DNA of 64,000 bases from Bilabrum cf. latius (Eukaryota). Made by a program: the position numbers and the translations under genes. The notes beneath the pieces were generated by a model. The model was not told the origin of the DNA. It searched no databases and saw only the letters and a program-made list of their open reading frames with translations. Below are positions 10,818 to 21,875 of the stretch, in pieces (within the stretch, counting starts at the first letter, position 1; each line of letters starts with the position of its first letter). The stretch lies in NCBI GenBank assembly GCA_965178125.1, contig OZ237758.1, positions 620,001 through 684,000 of the forward strand. The letters are read 5' to 3'.

Positions 10818-10942
10818 CAACCTCAGTAATAGATCTAATTGTGCAGCAAGACGTGTCTCGAAGAAAATCTAATTTTCGGCATCGGTTTGTACGGTGCAAT
10901 TGGGATGACGTCACGGTCGGTCGCAACGCACCCCAGATGCAA

Positions 10943-11972
10943 TCATGTCCCTGCACCCCCACTAGCGGCCCCAGAGGATCCGAGCTTGCTCCCTCCAGCC
11001 GCGACGCCGCTGCTTCCAGCACCAGCGGCAGCTGCGACGGCAGCCGCGGCCGCAGCGACATCCCCAATCGCCACTTCATCCCCTGGGCCTAACCGATCGC
11101 CAGAACCCGCCTCGGGAGTGCCCCCACTTCCTGCTGAGCCTTCCTTACCAGCGGCATCGTCCCCCGCCCATGCGAAGCCACCCCCCGCCGACTCAGCCAT
11201 CTCCTCCTCCATGGGCTTTAGCACTTTCTGGCTGGAAGCGTCGGCGCCGACTTTCAGCTCTGCTCTGTCTTTGCCATCAGCTGAGGTGGTGACCACAATA
11301 GCAGCGGCCACGCCGTCGGGCAGCTCAAACCGGTACACGCTGCCGTCGCCTTCTTCGAGAAAGTCACCCTCGGCGTCCACCTTGATCATGTTGACATATA
11401 TCTCGAAATTTCCGTGGTCCCACTCGATCTTGGCTTCATCGCTACCATCTGCAGGCTTATACATCCAATATGACATCTCTTTGTGGGGTTCATCGTTCCT
11501 GATTGGCTTGCCATCAAGCAGCAAAGTGTACTTCAGGTCCATCATTCCTTCTGGCTCGATTACTAGCTTGACGTCATGCCCGTCGCACTTAAACACAACA
11601 GAACCCGTAAGTTTATATCGCATGCCAGTTTCATCTGCGCGCGACTCCCAAGAGTGAGGGCTAGCATTTCTGGATTTAGCAGCGAATCATGCCGCTTATC
11701 ACCGTTTGCAGTTGCACCACCTCGATGCATGAGGACACCAACAGAGCCTTCTTGTCGACTTACATATGACTGTTTCATTGACTTTCATTAGACGGTGACC
11801 GGAGACTGTGTGGTGCTCAAAATAAACATGTCGTCTGCGTTGGAAGACGGCGGCAGCAGTGCAGGGACACATTGCGGTCTCTCTGCAGGCCCAGTGCGAT
11901 TACATCCGAGAAGTACTGGCCTCACCTTGCCTTTTCAGTCGTAAACTACCAGTTAGATTGAATCACTGGCAT
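10943..11972 (-). CDS. FAIM (Fas apoptotic inhibitory molecule)-like protein, 3 exons
   Basis: Exons 11972-11926, 11834-11764 and 11634-10943 splice in phase to MPVIQSNW*FTTEKARRHVYFEHHTVSGHRLMKVNE...YKLTG...YTLLLDGK...EGDFLEEG. This resembles FAIM motifs FEHGTTSGKR, FKLVG, YTLEINGK and GEFVDDG. Confidence 0.7.
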
Positions 11973-12101
11973 GTCGCTGCGCTAACCTGTGCGATACTCC
12001 CGTGCATTTGCAATTCACAGATTGCTCCGAATTGCTCAGATCCCGAAATGAAAATCAGCGTCAGTTTGACGATTCTTGGCAGGGTGATCGAGAAGGAATT
12101 G

Positions 12102-15100
12102 ATGTCAAAGTATGACAAAGCACTCCAATTATCCTTGAGCGCTCCAGCAGCGTCAATTTCGTGAGAGGGTATCGTGAAATTGATCTATGATAAATTGCTA
12201 GCTGTTTGAAAAGGGTATTCTACCGTACATGCATAGAACACTTCCTGCAGGCAAGAGGCAAGGAAGTGCGGTCAACTTGCAATAAAATTCGCAAATGACG
12301 CGCTCAAAGCTGTCAGCAAATCAAAAGTAGCACCCGATGCTGCCGTGCAGCTTGAAATCATTACTAGCTTCGCCGCACTCGTTCGGGTCCGAGGTGTCCT
12401 AAAGACAAGCCCCTTGGCGATGGAGAAGATGATGGCGCAGTTCATGTCATGCTTAGTCGATCGGAATTGCTGGGTGGCGGCCCTATGCGTGTGCGGTAGG
12501 CTGGCACAGTTGCTGCAAGCACGCATAGGCGATGCTGATGGCGAAGTATCAGGTGACTGTGCAGCTTCAGATACGAGCAGTTTCAAAGACATACAATCAT
12601 TCTACTTGCAATGCACCGACACGCCGAGCGCGGCATGCCACGCTTTGCTGCGCTGCTTCCCGCCACCGGGCAGCGGCATCGGGGACTCGGGCACAGCGAC
12701 CATTGCCGCGGCTTGTGCTTGTACCGCAGCGCGATGCATGATTCGCCTGCAGCTGTGTGAGCATGCTGTTGCTTTTTCTTTGGGTACCGGGCGCCTGTGG
12801 ACGGTGCGGCTGCTGCGGATGGGCACTGCTGCATTGACAGGGTCAGCAGCTGGCGCGACGGCTGCCGCTGGTGGGCCCGCGGACCCAACGGCGGCGGGAA
12901 AAGGCGCAAGCAGCGCCACACAGTCGGCTGCTGAGCGGGCTGTTCTGTCTGCGTGGAGGTATCGCGAGCAGCTGTAGCAAGTTCTTTTCGGCGCCGCTCG
13001 AGCCGCCCTTGCCGAGAGTACTAGTGGTGGTGGACAAGCCAGCCGCAGCAGCAGCGGCAGCAGCAGCAGCACAGGAACTGCTGTATAGCCGACCAGACCG
13101 ATGGGAGCCCGAGGCTATCTCGTGCGTGCCCTCGGTCTGTCAGCCGCTGCCATGTGCTGGTCAGTGGCACTACTGCCCAGCCAGGATGCACCCACCAGCC
13201 TGCTGCAATCGTTTGCTTCGAAAATGGCAGGAGCCGGCACAAAGCCAGCGGGCCAAGCAAGCATCGAGCGGGTGTCTCACAGAGGCGTGCTCCTTGCTGC
13301 GATCAGGAGCCACCATGCAGTGCAGTCTGCAGCGGGCCAGCTGCTCGACAAGGCTGAGAGCAGGATCGGAGGCGGAGGCGGGATAACGATTCGGATAGGC
13401 TGCTTGCAGTCAACGGGCGGGCCCTCGGTATCCGCTGCATCGGGATGGACCCCACTTAAGGCGTTGGCCAGCTTGCCTTTTGCGATGGCCAAAGACTCGG
13501 CTCGTAGCGGTATTGTAGTGGGCGAAGGTGCTCCTACATCAGGGGGTGCAGGGGCCGATGCAGCTGCATCAAGCTAGCTGGAGCCGTTACTTGGCGCAAT
13601 TGCGGCATAGATGGAAGCGGGTGCACGTGATGGTGGGCGTAGCAAGCCTCAAGTAGAGACATCGTCGTTTCGAATGCCATGGTGCGACGTTGCTGCAAGC
13701 AGTAGCATGCTAGCTCTGAAGTTTCTCTCGTCAGCGAAGCCAGTGACCAAGGGCACTGGCAGTGAACCTGCCCCTGACTTGTTTGCTTGCACCAGTGCCA
13801 GGACTGGTAGTGGTGCAGGGGCGGGCTATGCGCCTGAGTATGTTGCCTGGCTGGAATCCTCGGCGTCGCATATTGTATCTGGAGAGCGTCCAACGGAGAC
13901 TAGCTACCGCACGGCCGGGGTGCTGCTTGACATGGCTGAGCAGCACTGTGACGCTGTGATCAAGTCGACCAAAGTCGCCACTGGATCGCAAGAGCCATCT
14001 GCATCCAGCACAGCTGGCGCTAGGCCAGACAGTGACCGGGTAGCCATCGTCTCCGACGAGATCGCCGCACGGGGAGCGGCTGCCGGCATCTGCATGCTGC
14101 GCGCGATGATGGCAGCGCAGCGGGCGACCGAGGCGCCCATGCTCGCGAGCACGGGAAGAAGACGCTCTAACGAGGCATCATTTCGACCAAAGACCCACGG
14201 AATGGCCTCAACAGCTTCGACTCCAGCGGCAGGCTCGTCTGTGGCAGAGCTGTCGTTGCTTCGGGGCGCGTAGACGGCCGAGAAGGGCGTGTTGCGGCGG
14301 TGGAGGGCTGCTGGCGGCGGCGCTGCGGATCCCGGTCGAATCAGCGGTTCCGACGACGGCGATGAAGATGAGGACGGTAGTGATCCTGCAGATGCCTTGG
14401 AAAATGTCGCGGCGGGTCGCAAGCGGGGGCCCAAGCTGGCTCGCAGCCTATTCGGGGGCGGGTCAGATGTGTCCATGGACGGCGATGAAGGCAGCCTCAG
14501 CGATGAAGAGCCTTCCTTGAAGACCGCCACCATGCCGGGCTTGAGTAGACAGGAGGCGCTCGATCTGCAGCAAGAACAGCTCTCGCGAGCGTTTGCCGTG
14601 TTTCGACGCGCCGCCAGCCACATCCAGCGGCTGTACTCGTCGGCCAAAAAGGCCTAGGAAGGTTTCGTGCATGACGGCGCGAGCAAGACGAGCGATGCAG
14701 CAAATGTGCAGCTGGCAAGATCGATTGCAGAGGCAGCACGGTGCACTGAACGGGCCAGACGGCTGCTGATCTTCTGGCAGGAGCACCCAGGACTGGCTTC
14801 TGGTGAGTGGAGGCAGGGCATCAGCGCGGGAGCGACAGAACAATCGCGTGGGACGTTTACCGGTGGGATGGCATCTAGCTTGAGAATGAAAGGCAGCTCT
14901 CGGAGCGGTGTGGCTAGCGCAGCTGCTACACCTGCGAGACCGCGCGCGCTTCGGTTTGGGGATGATGGTGGCAATGAAGGTAAGGAGGGTAAGGTCAGGG
15001 CCCCAGCCGCATCTGCTTTGCGCATGGGCATGAACAAGAGCAAGGCTCCCAGCAAGCACAAGTCGGGCGGGGTCCGCTTCGCAGATCCTGGTGGTGCGTC

Positions 15101-18100
15101 TGGATGCAGTGATGATGATCACGGCGATTCTGCCGAGCCAAGAAACGCAAAGTCAGTGCGATTTGGTGCCTCCGTGTCCGAAACACCTGCCCGAGTGGAC
15201 GATCGTGGAGGCAAGACCCCTGCACCTCGAACCGTAGCCGGCCAGAAAGGCAAGGCCAAAGCGAGCGGGAAGCGTCGGGTGGGCTTTGCTAGCGATGTGC
15301 ACGAAACACCTGCTGCTGCTACGCATGCTGGTACAGGCAGGAAGAGCAAACCGGCCATGGATGCAAGTGTCATCGCCACACCAGGCTTGGGAGCCGGGGT
15401 TACGCCTGGTGCGGGCCTGGCGCGACGCAAAGCGAAGACCGGTGGCGAGCACACGTCTAGCGGCGGGTCGTCAGGTGACTGGTGGCTGCTGCTAGAGCAG
15501 GTTTTCGTCCTACTGACACGGTACTCAAGGGTCGCGCTGGAGGCGTGCGGTGTCCAGGGATTCGGAGACGCGGGCGAGGCTGGTTCGTGGCGTCGCGCGG
15601 CCTGCTTTTCCTCGTCTTCTGGCAGTCCCCTGGTGCACCTGTGCTTGGGAAAATCTGACAGCCTTAGTGATAGCGCGGGTCGTGCCACGAGCACGATGCG
15701 CAGGCAGCTCTGTATCCGCTTGCTGGACGCCGGCAGGGCAGCAGCGCAGGCCCGATTACACAGGGTTGCGAACAGGCTGAAGCACAGCAGTGGCGCGGCC
15801 CAGACAGCCAGGAAGCTCAGACTCAGCGCTGCCGTTGCTATGCATGGGAGCAGGGCAGCAAGTACGGGTAACGATGGCGATGCAGATGGCGCGACGTCAG
15901 CGCCTGGATCATCTGTGCGGCGTCTCCTGTTCGGCGGCGGTCGAGATGAGGCTGGTGGCGAGACCGTGGGACCTTGTGGTGCTGCAGAGGACTTGGTGGC
16001 GGAAGACCCCGCCCTGGCTCAGGGAGACGAGGACCTGTTTGGTTTGGCAGAGGACGACACGGACGATGAAGATAGGGGTAGCCTAGGTGGCCATAGAACG
16101 GGCGCCTTGAAGCTGAAGGATGAGGAGGAGGCACTGCACCACGCCGACAAGATTGCTGCGTATGCATGGCCGGCACTGTGTGCCGCGAGATCTACGGGTG
16201 GCAGCACTGGGCTCGACGCCCACAGGCACATCTGCGCGATGCTGCACAACGCGGCTGCTGACTACGCAGAAGCAGGCGCCGCCTCGGCCGCTGCGAGGCT
16301 GCAGTTCGTGGTTGCAACCGCGTGGCATTCGTGCCTGGTCGACTGCTCTGAAAGCGATGCGCGCGCTCGTCGATGCATCGTACCTGCCGCGACGCTGCTA
16401 GGTAATACGGACTCGACTGTGCAGCAGTATAAGTCCGGAGTAGCGGATTGCACGGTGTTGATTGCTGCAAAGTGGATGGGGACGACTCGGGCTGGTATGC
16501 TGAAGGCGGCAAAGGTAGCAAGACGGTACGAATCTGTCGCTCGATGCGCAGCACAGGCCGTTGTACTTCCCGCAGCTAGCGCCATGTGCGCCCTGGCCCT
16601 CTGCTCGCAAGCAACCGCGGGATGCTCTGCTGCACAGCTGGGAGACTAGTCCCCCACGCTCCTCTAGAACACCGTGGCATCTGTTGCCGGTCTCCTTGAT
16701 GCTGCCATCTCTACCTGTTTGCACCCAGATGACGCAGCCGACGGCAAAGAGTCGAACGCTACCACGGGTACGGGCATGTGGAGCGTGTCGACAGTGGTCA
16801 AGCACGTTTTGGCGTGCAAAGAGCACGGTGCGGATGGCGTGCTTGTGGCCGGTCTGTGCATAGCACTCTCCCATCAAGCAGCTTCGTGCAGCCACCGCCT
16901 CGGCGTGCTTCGCCTTCGACCGCCAGCTGCTGCTGCTGATCAAGCTGAAGGAGTCTCCAGCACAGAGCCAGCTCGGATTCAGGCGCATTTGGCAGCGATT
17001 GCTGCCACGCTGTAGGGCGATGGCTTGCAGGCCCGTATCAGAGCAGCTGAGCCGGCATACGTCCGTTCTCGTGCCGCAGCAGCTGCGGCCGAGGCACTGC
17101 TGTCAAGTGCAGCTGCTACCCATTGGCTAGCAGGGCGGGTTCCTTCGTCACTGGATGCCATTGATGCGGCACTTCGGGCCGGTCAGGCCAAGCGTGCCGG
17201 CGTGGAGGCAGGCACAGACAGCGTGGAAGACTCGCTTGAGAAACCTGGAATCACGGATGAGGCCGAACAGGCGTCGTCACAACCGGGTGCTTCCCTGCTT
17301 TCACTTGACGCAAGCAGGTGCTTGGAAGCTAGCATCCAACTAGCCAAGCATGCCATGAACGCAGCAGAGGAAGGGTGGTCCAAATCGCACGAAAGTGACA
17401 GCGACACCGATCCGCTGGATGACGTGACGCGGGCACTTGCGGGGTGCGCCGCCGACTCTGTCATGAGCGCCATCACCAAACTCTAGCGCGACTCGATGGC
17501 ATATTCGGCAGACGCGCCCGACGCGCGGAACGAGGCGGCGGCTGCTCCAGCATCTGACTGGAGTGCATGGGCCTCCCTCTCCTCTGCAGCTGCAGCGGTG
17601 GAAGAGAGGGACAGGGAGGCAGCAGCCTCACAGGTGTTCGGATTGGCACAACGAGCCGCGGCCATGGGCCTCAAGGACGAGCAAGCGGCGCTCAGGCGGG
17701 CGGGCTTGGCGCTGGCGCGAGCTGCGGATTGCTCTGCGAGCGATGATGCCGCTGAGCTCTTGGCTCATGGAGCCCTTCATTCGGTGCTGGCTGGCGATGC
17801 AGCTGCCGCTCTCGCGGCCGCAGAAGACGCGGCCGAGGGCGGGCCGCGGTCACTCTTGGCTGCCTGTCGCTGGGCAGGGGGCTTGCTTTCAAACAGTGAA
17901 CCGAAACTGAAGCCGCCGAAGACAGGTTCATCCGGATTGGTGGCGCCAGACAGACAGGAACTGTCGCACGGGATGCGAGCGCTTCGAGTGCCTGCCAGCT
18001 GCGCGTTCGCAGCTGGCTTATCGGCCGTGCTAGCTCACGCGTGCGAGAGCAGTGCCGCTGAATGGACTGAAGCCGCTGACACATCTGACGACGTCGAAGA

Positions 18101-21100
18101 GATGGGAAATATGTTGCAGGATCACTTGCAGCTCGTACGAACCAGCGCGCGGACGTGCTGGCAAGTTCTGTGCGTGCTTGAGCAGAGGGTAGGGGAGGCC
18201 AAGGCAAGCCTGAAGGGAGCCAGTGGAGCACCCGCGAGGGAGACTGCCGCCAGGCACGTGCACCTGGTCAAAGTGGCGATGGCAGTTTCATCGGAGCACG
18301 CGGCCATCGTGTTTCAGCTCAGTGGGCACCGCTCCCAGGCGGAGCGTTTGCTTGCACATTCGGCTGCATCATGGACAAGCCTGGCAACTCAGCGCGGCGG
18401 AGACGGCGGCATGTAGTCCTCTGGCGTGTCGCTGCTGCCGAGCATACACGCGGCCACTGGCTGGCTCTCAAAGGTTGCAACCGCGGCGCTGCGAGCGCAG
18501 AACCCGGGCGTGCTTGCCTCGAGCGACCCTGTTCCGCCCACGGTTGTCACCCCGCGCGAGGCTGCTCTCCGGAGGATTGCAATCGCCCGGCTGACCGCCG
18601 CACTGGCCGAGCTCGCAGAGCAGCCCAGGCGAGCGACCAAGGCGTTGCGACGAGCAGCGTTCCAGGCGGACTGTTTCGGTGCCGGGATGGCGGGGGGCGA
18701 TACTGGCTTCGGCGTGCTGGCGGATGTCTCGGTGGTGCTGGCGCGTAGAGGGAGGGTCACCGAGCTGGGGGCCTTGCTGGAGCATATGGGCGGGTACTGC
18801 TGGCGGCTAGACGCAGTGCATTCCAAGGAAAGGCATGCCAGGGCGGAGGCTCTGGAGCAGGCCCTGGTGGGTGCACTGTCTGCAGCGACAGGGAGTGAGC
18901 CGGTCCAGCTGGTCCCACGCATGGGCTTGGAGAATGCAGCGCAGCGCGAATCTGTGAGTCGGTTGTCTCAGTACTGCGCCACGGCTGCCTTGCGTGCCGT
19001 CGATGCGGCTGATTTCTCGGACAAAGCGGTGGACGACGTCGCTGCCATCACTACCTGGGCATCGTCTGCAGGTAGTGGGTTTGAGGCTGTGCAGCGGGCC
19101 ATCGCGCTCCCTACGAATGCAGCGGCACGGCTGTGCATTGTGTCGAAGACTTCGGGCAACCCTGCCATGCTGCGGTTGGTATCCCAAATAGCTCAGATCG
19201 GACTATCGACGCGGCTTGCAACGAACGCTGGCAAGTCTAGCATTGCACTGGACGTTGGATCGAAGCGAATCTCATCTACGGTTGACGTGCAGCAAGGTGC
19301 AGAGTGCCTTGACGATGCGGGCATGCGAGCACTCCGGCTTTGGTCTGCTGCGGCGACTGCCTCCAACTTGCCAGCACGACTGGAAGGCGACAGGGCCACA
19401 CTGAGGGCACTTTCGCCTCCCATCGGTGTGTCCCTGCAGGCCGGCGCTTCGATTCTCGACTCGGATCAAACGACAAAGGAGTCGACAGATGTGCCACCGT
19501 TTGCAGCATCTTCCGCTGATGCTTCTGCCTTATTGTAGCTTTCACGCGTTCCAGTCGGGCATCGGATCGCATGCTTGCTGTTCGACGGGCGGTCTGGAGA
19601 AGCGGTCGCGGTCACGGCACATCGCATCAACCACAAGCACGTCTGCTTTGAAGGCCAGCGTCTGCAGGGTGCAGCATCAGGAAAGTATGGTGCTGGGGGA
19701 AGCGGGGAAGGCAGCCAGGATGATAGCCAAAGCTACTGCGAAGGGGGCTGGCCTGCGACAAGAGCTGCGCATGCCGAGCAGCCCATCGCTGGCGATGCCA
19801 ACCGGTTGAGACAGGTCCTCTGGCGGTCTTTCCTGTCGATGCGAGAGGCAGGCACCAGAGAGGCGCAGAAGTGGAGCACCAGGAGGCGAAAGCAGTGGTG
19901 GGAGGAGAGGGAGGCCATTGACGCGGACATGGGAGGGCTACTCGAGGACATCGGGTCCTGGGCCTCTTCGTTGGTGCGGGTGTAGGCACCGTTGCCCCCG
20001 CCCTCGTCGTCGTCATTGCGCGCTGCAACCTCCACCCCGGTTGCGCCCGCGTCCCCTGCATCCGTGCGGGAGAGCCACCTGTCCGAGGAGGAGCAGGACA
20101 TTTTGGCCTAGCTACCCGACCGGCTGCAGTCCATGCGCGTGGCTGAGATAAAGGCAGTGCTGTCCAAGCTGAAGCTGCCTCAGACTGGCAGGAAATCTCA
20201 GCTCATCGAAACGCTTCAGAGCTGGAGAGACGCGGTGCAAGACAGCGACAGCGAGGATGGCAGTGACATCGAGGATGGTGGTGGCAGCGGCAGCGGGAGC
20301 GACAAGGACCGCGGAAGAAGTGACCAGGCAACAGCTGCAGGGGCTGCCCCGGCTGCAGGCATTGTCGATGTTGCCACCAGCACCCCAACGTGCGAGCACC
20401 TGTGGCTGCTGCTTGGACCCACAGCGCAGTGCCTCCCGATTGCAGCCGCGCTGCGAGCTTCAGGTGTGACTTGCTCCGTGTCTCGCGTCGTGTCTGTGGG
20501 ACACATCACTAGGCTGTGCCCCGCCCCAGACGGGTCTAGCTTTCTGTCAGCTGTCAGCCCTGGCAGCCTGTCGTCAGCGGGAGCTGAAGAGAGTGTCTCA
20601 GCTGCTGCCGTGGAGGACCTGTCGTGGGGCGGGGAGCCGGACCCGAGCGATTGGCGTGGATTGAGTCGAGCGAGCGTGATCGAGGCGCTGGTCATGGCTG
20701 CGGAGGCCACTGGCCCTGATGCTGGTACGGTCAGTCTGTCTGCCGGCCGCTTCGTGATCGACCCGGAAGGCGACCTCCTCAAGTCGCGCGAGCGCATGAT
20801 GGAAGTGGTGCATGGGTTGGCAGGTGCCGGGCACGGCGAGCAGCCAGGCAAAGGCAAAGGTGCTACTGCTGCCGCTGAATCTGCTGGTGGCAAAAAGCAA
20901 AAGCACCTTGGCAAGGGCAACGGCGCCGCAGAGCTGGAGAAGGTGGGCCACTGGCGGGGCATGGCAGGCACGATGCCGCCGCCTAGCTGGATGCTGGGAG
21001 CGCTTACTTCGGGTGAGACCGTGCTGTACTGCGGGCATGGTGCCGGGGAGAAGTGCATCGACCGAGACGCTGTGCTGTCGCAGGGCGGGCTCGCGATCGC

Positions 21101-21704
21101 GAGGCAGAGGGCCAGGGAGACGTGGGGCGCGGTCGCAGCCGGAGGGCTGCTGCAGGGCCCTGCGTCGGGGGCTGGTGGTGGCGGAGAGCCCGGTGAGGGT
21201 TAGGGGCTTGGTTCCGATGGTGGGTACGGCGAGGACGTTGATGAACAAGCGGGGAGTTCCATCGGGGCACCTGTGCTGCTCAGCGGGTGCTCAAGCGCGC
21301 GATTGCGGACGGAGGGATCCTACGCCCCGAGCGGGCTGGCGCTCGCCTACACTCTCGGCTGGCATAGGCACGTCTTCGGGAACTTGTGGGAGGTGACGGA
21401 CAAGGAGCTTGACGGGAGCGTCGGGTCATTGTTGCGTGCACTTAGCGAGGGCAAGAGCTGGAAGGAAGCGACGGATTGCGCGGAGCAAGCATGCAGGCTG
21501 AAGCACCTGACCGCAGCCGCGCAAGTGCACTATGGGGCCCCGCTGAGGGCCATCGTGGGGAACACTAAGGGTGTATTGAAGGAGTCCGCTGCAGAGGGGA
21601 AGGCAGCTGCTCCTCCTTCGGGCAGCTCTGGGGGGCCATCGGTTGCAGCCAGACGCGGCCCCCCGGCGGTTCGAGGCAAGAAGCAGAGGGTCTCGAGGCT
21701 TTGA
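12102..21704 (+). CDS. ESPL1: Separase (peptidase C50), ~3170 aa
   Basis: Short exon 12102-12160, then a single 9.45-kb frame (12251-21704) interrupted only by 15 TAGs. C-terminal catalytic motifs are VLYCGHGAG, LLSGCSS, GNLWEVTDKELD and AAAQVHYGAP. Upstream separase motifs include WWEEREAID and FVIDPEGDL. The N-terminal exon is tentative. Confidence 0.88.
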
Positions 21705-21875
21705 TACCGACGGCAACATGTGGGCCTTACATCGCATTGCTCACATGTACATTTTTTGTTGCACGCATTTGGCCCCCGCTTGGTCGTTGTCCGATGCCTC
21801 ACGCGGATGTGTGCCTCCGATCGAGCCAGCAAGCTCAAATCTCAATTATTTTGGCAGAATACTGCAGCCTCGACC

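Noticed and set aside
10906-10913. TGACGTCA (CRE-like palindrome) upstream of the MetAP gene
   Set aside because: A single 8-mer that I did not see recurring at other promoters, so it cannot be distinguished from chance.
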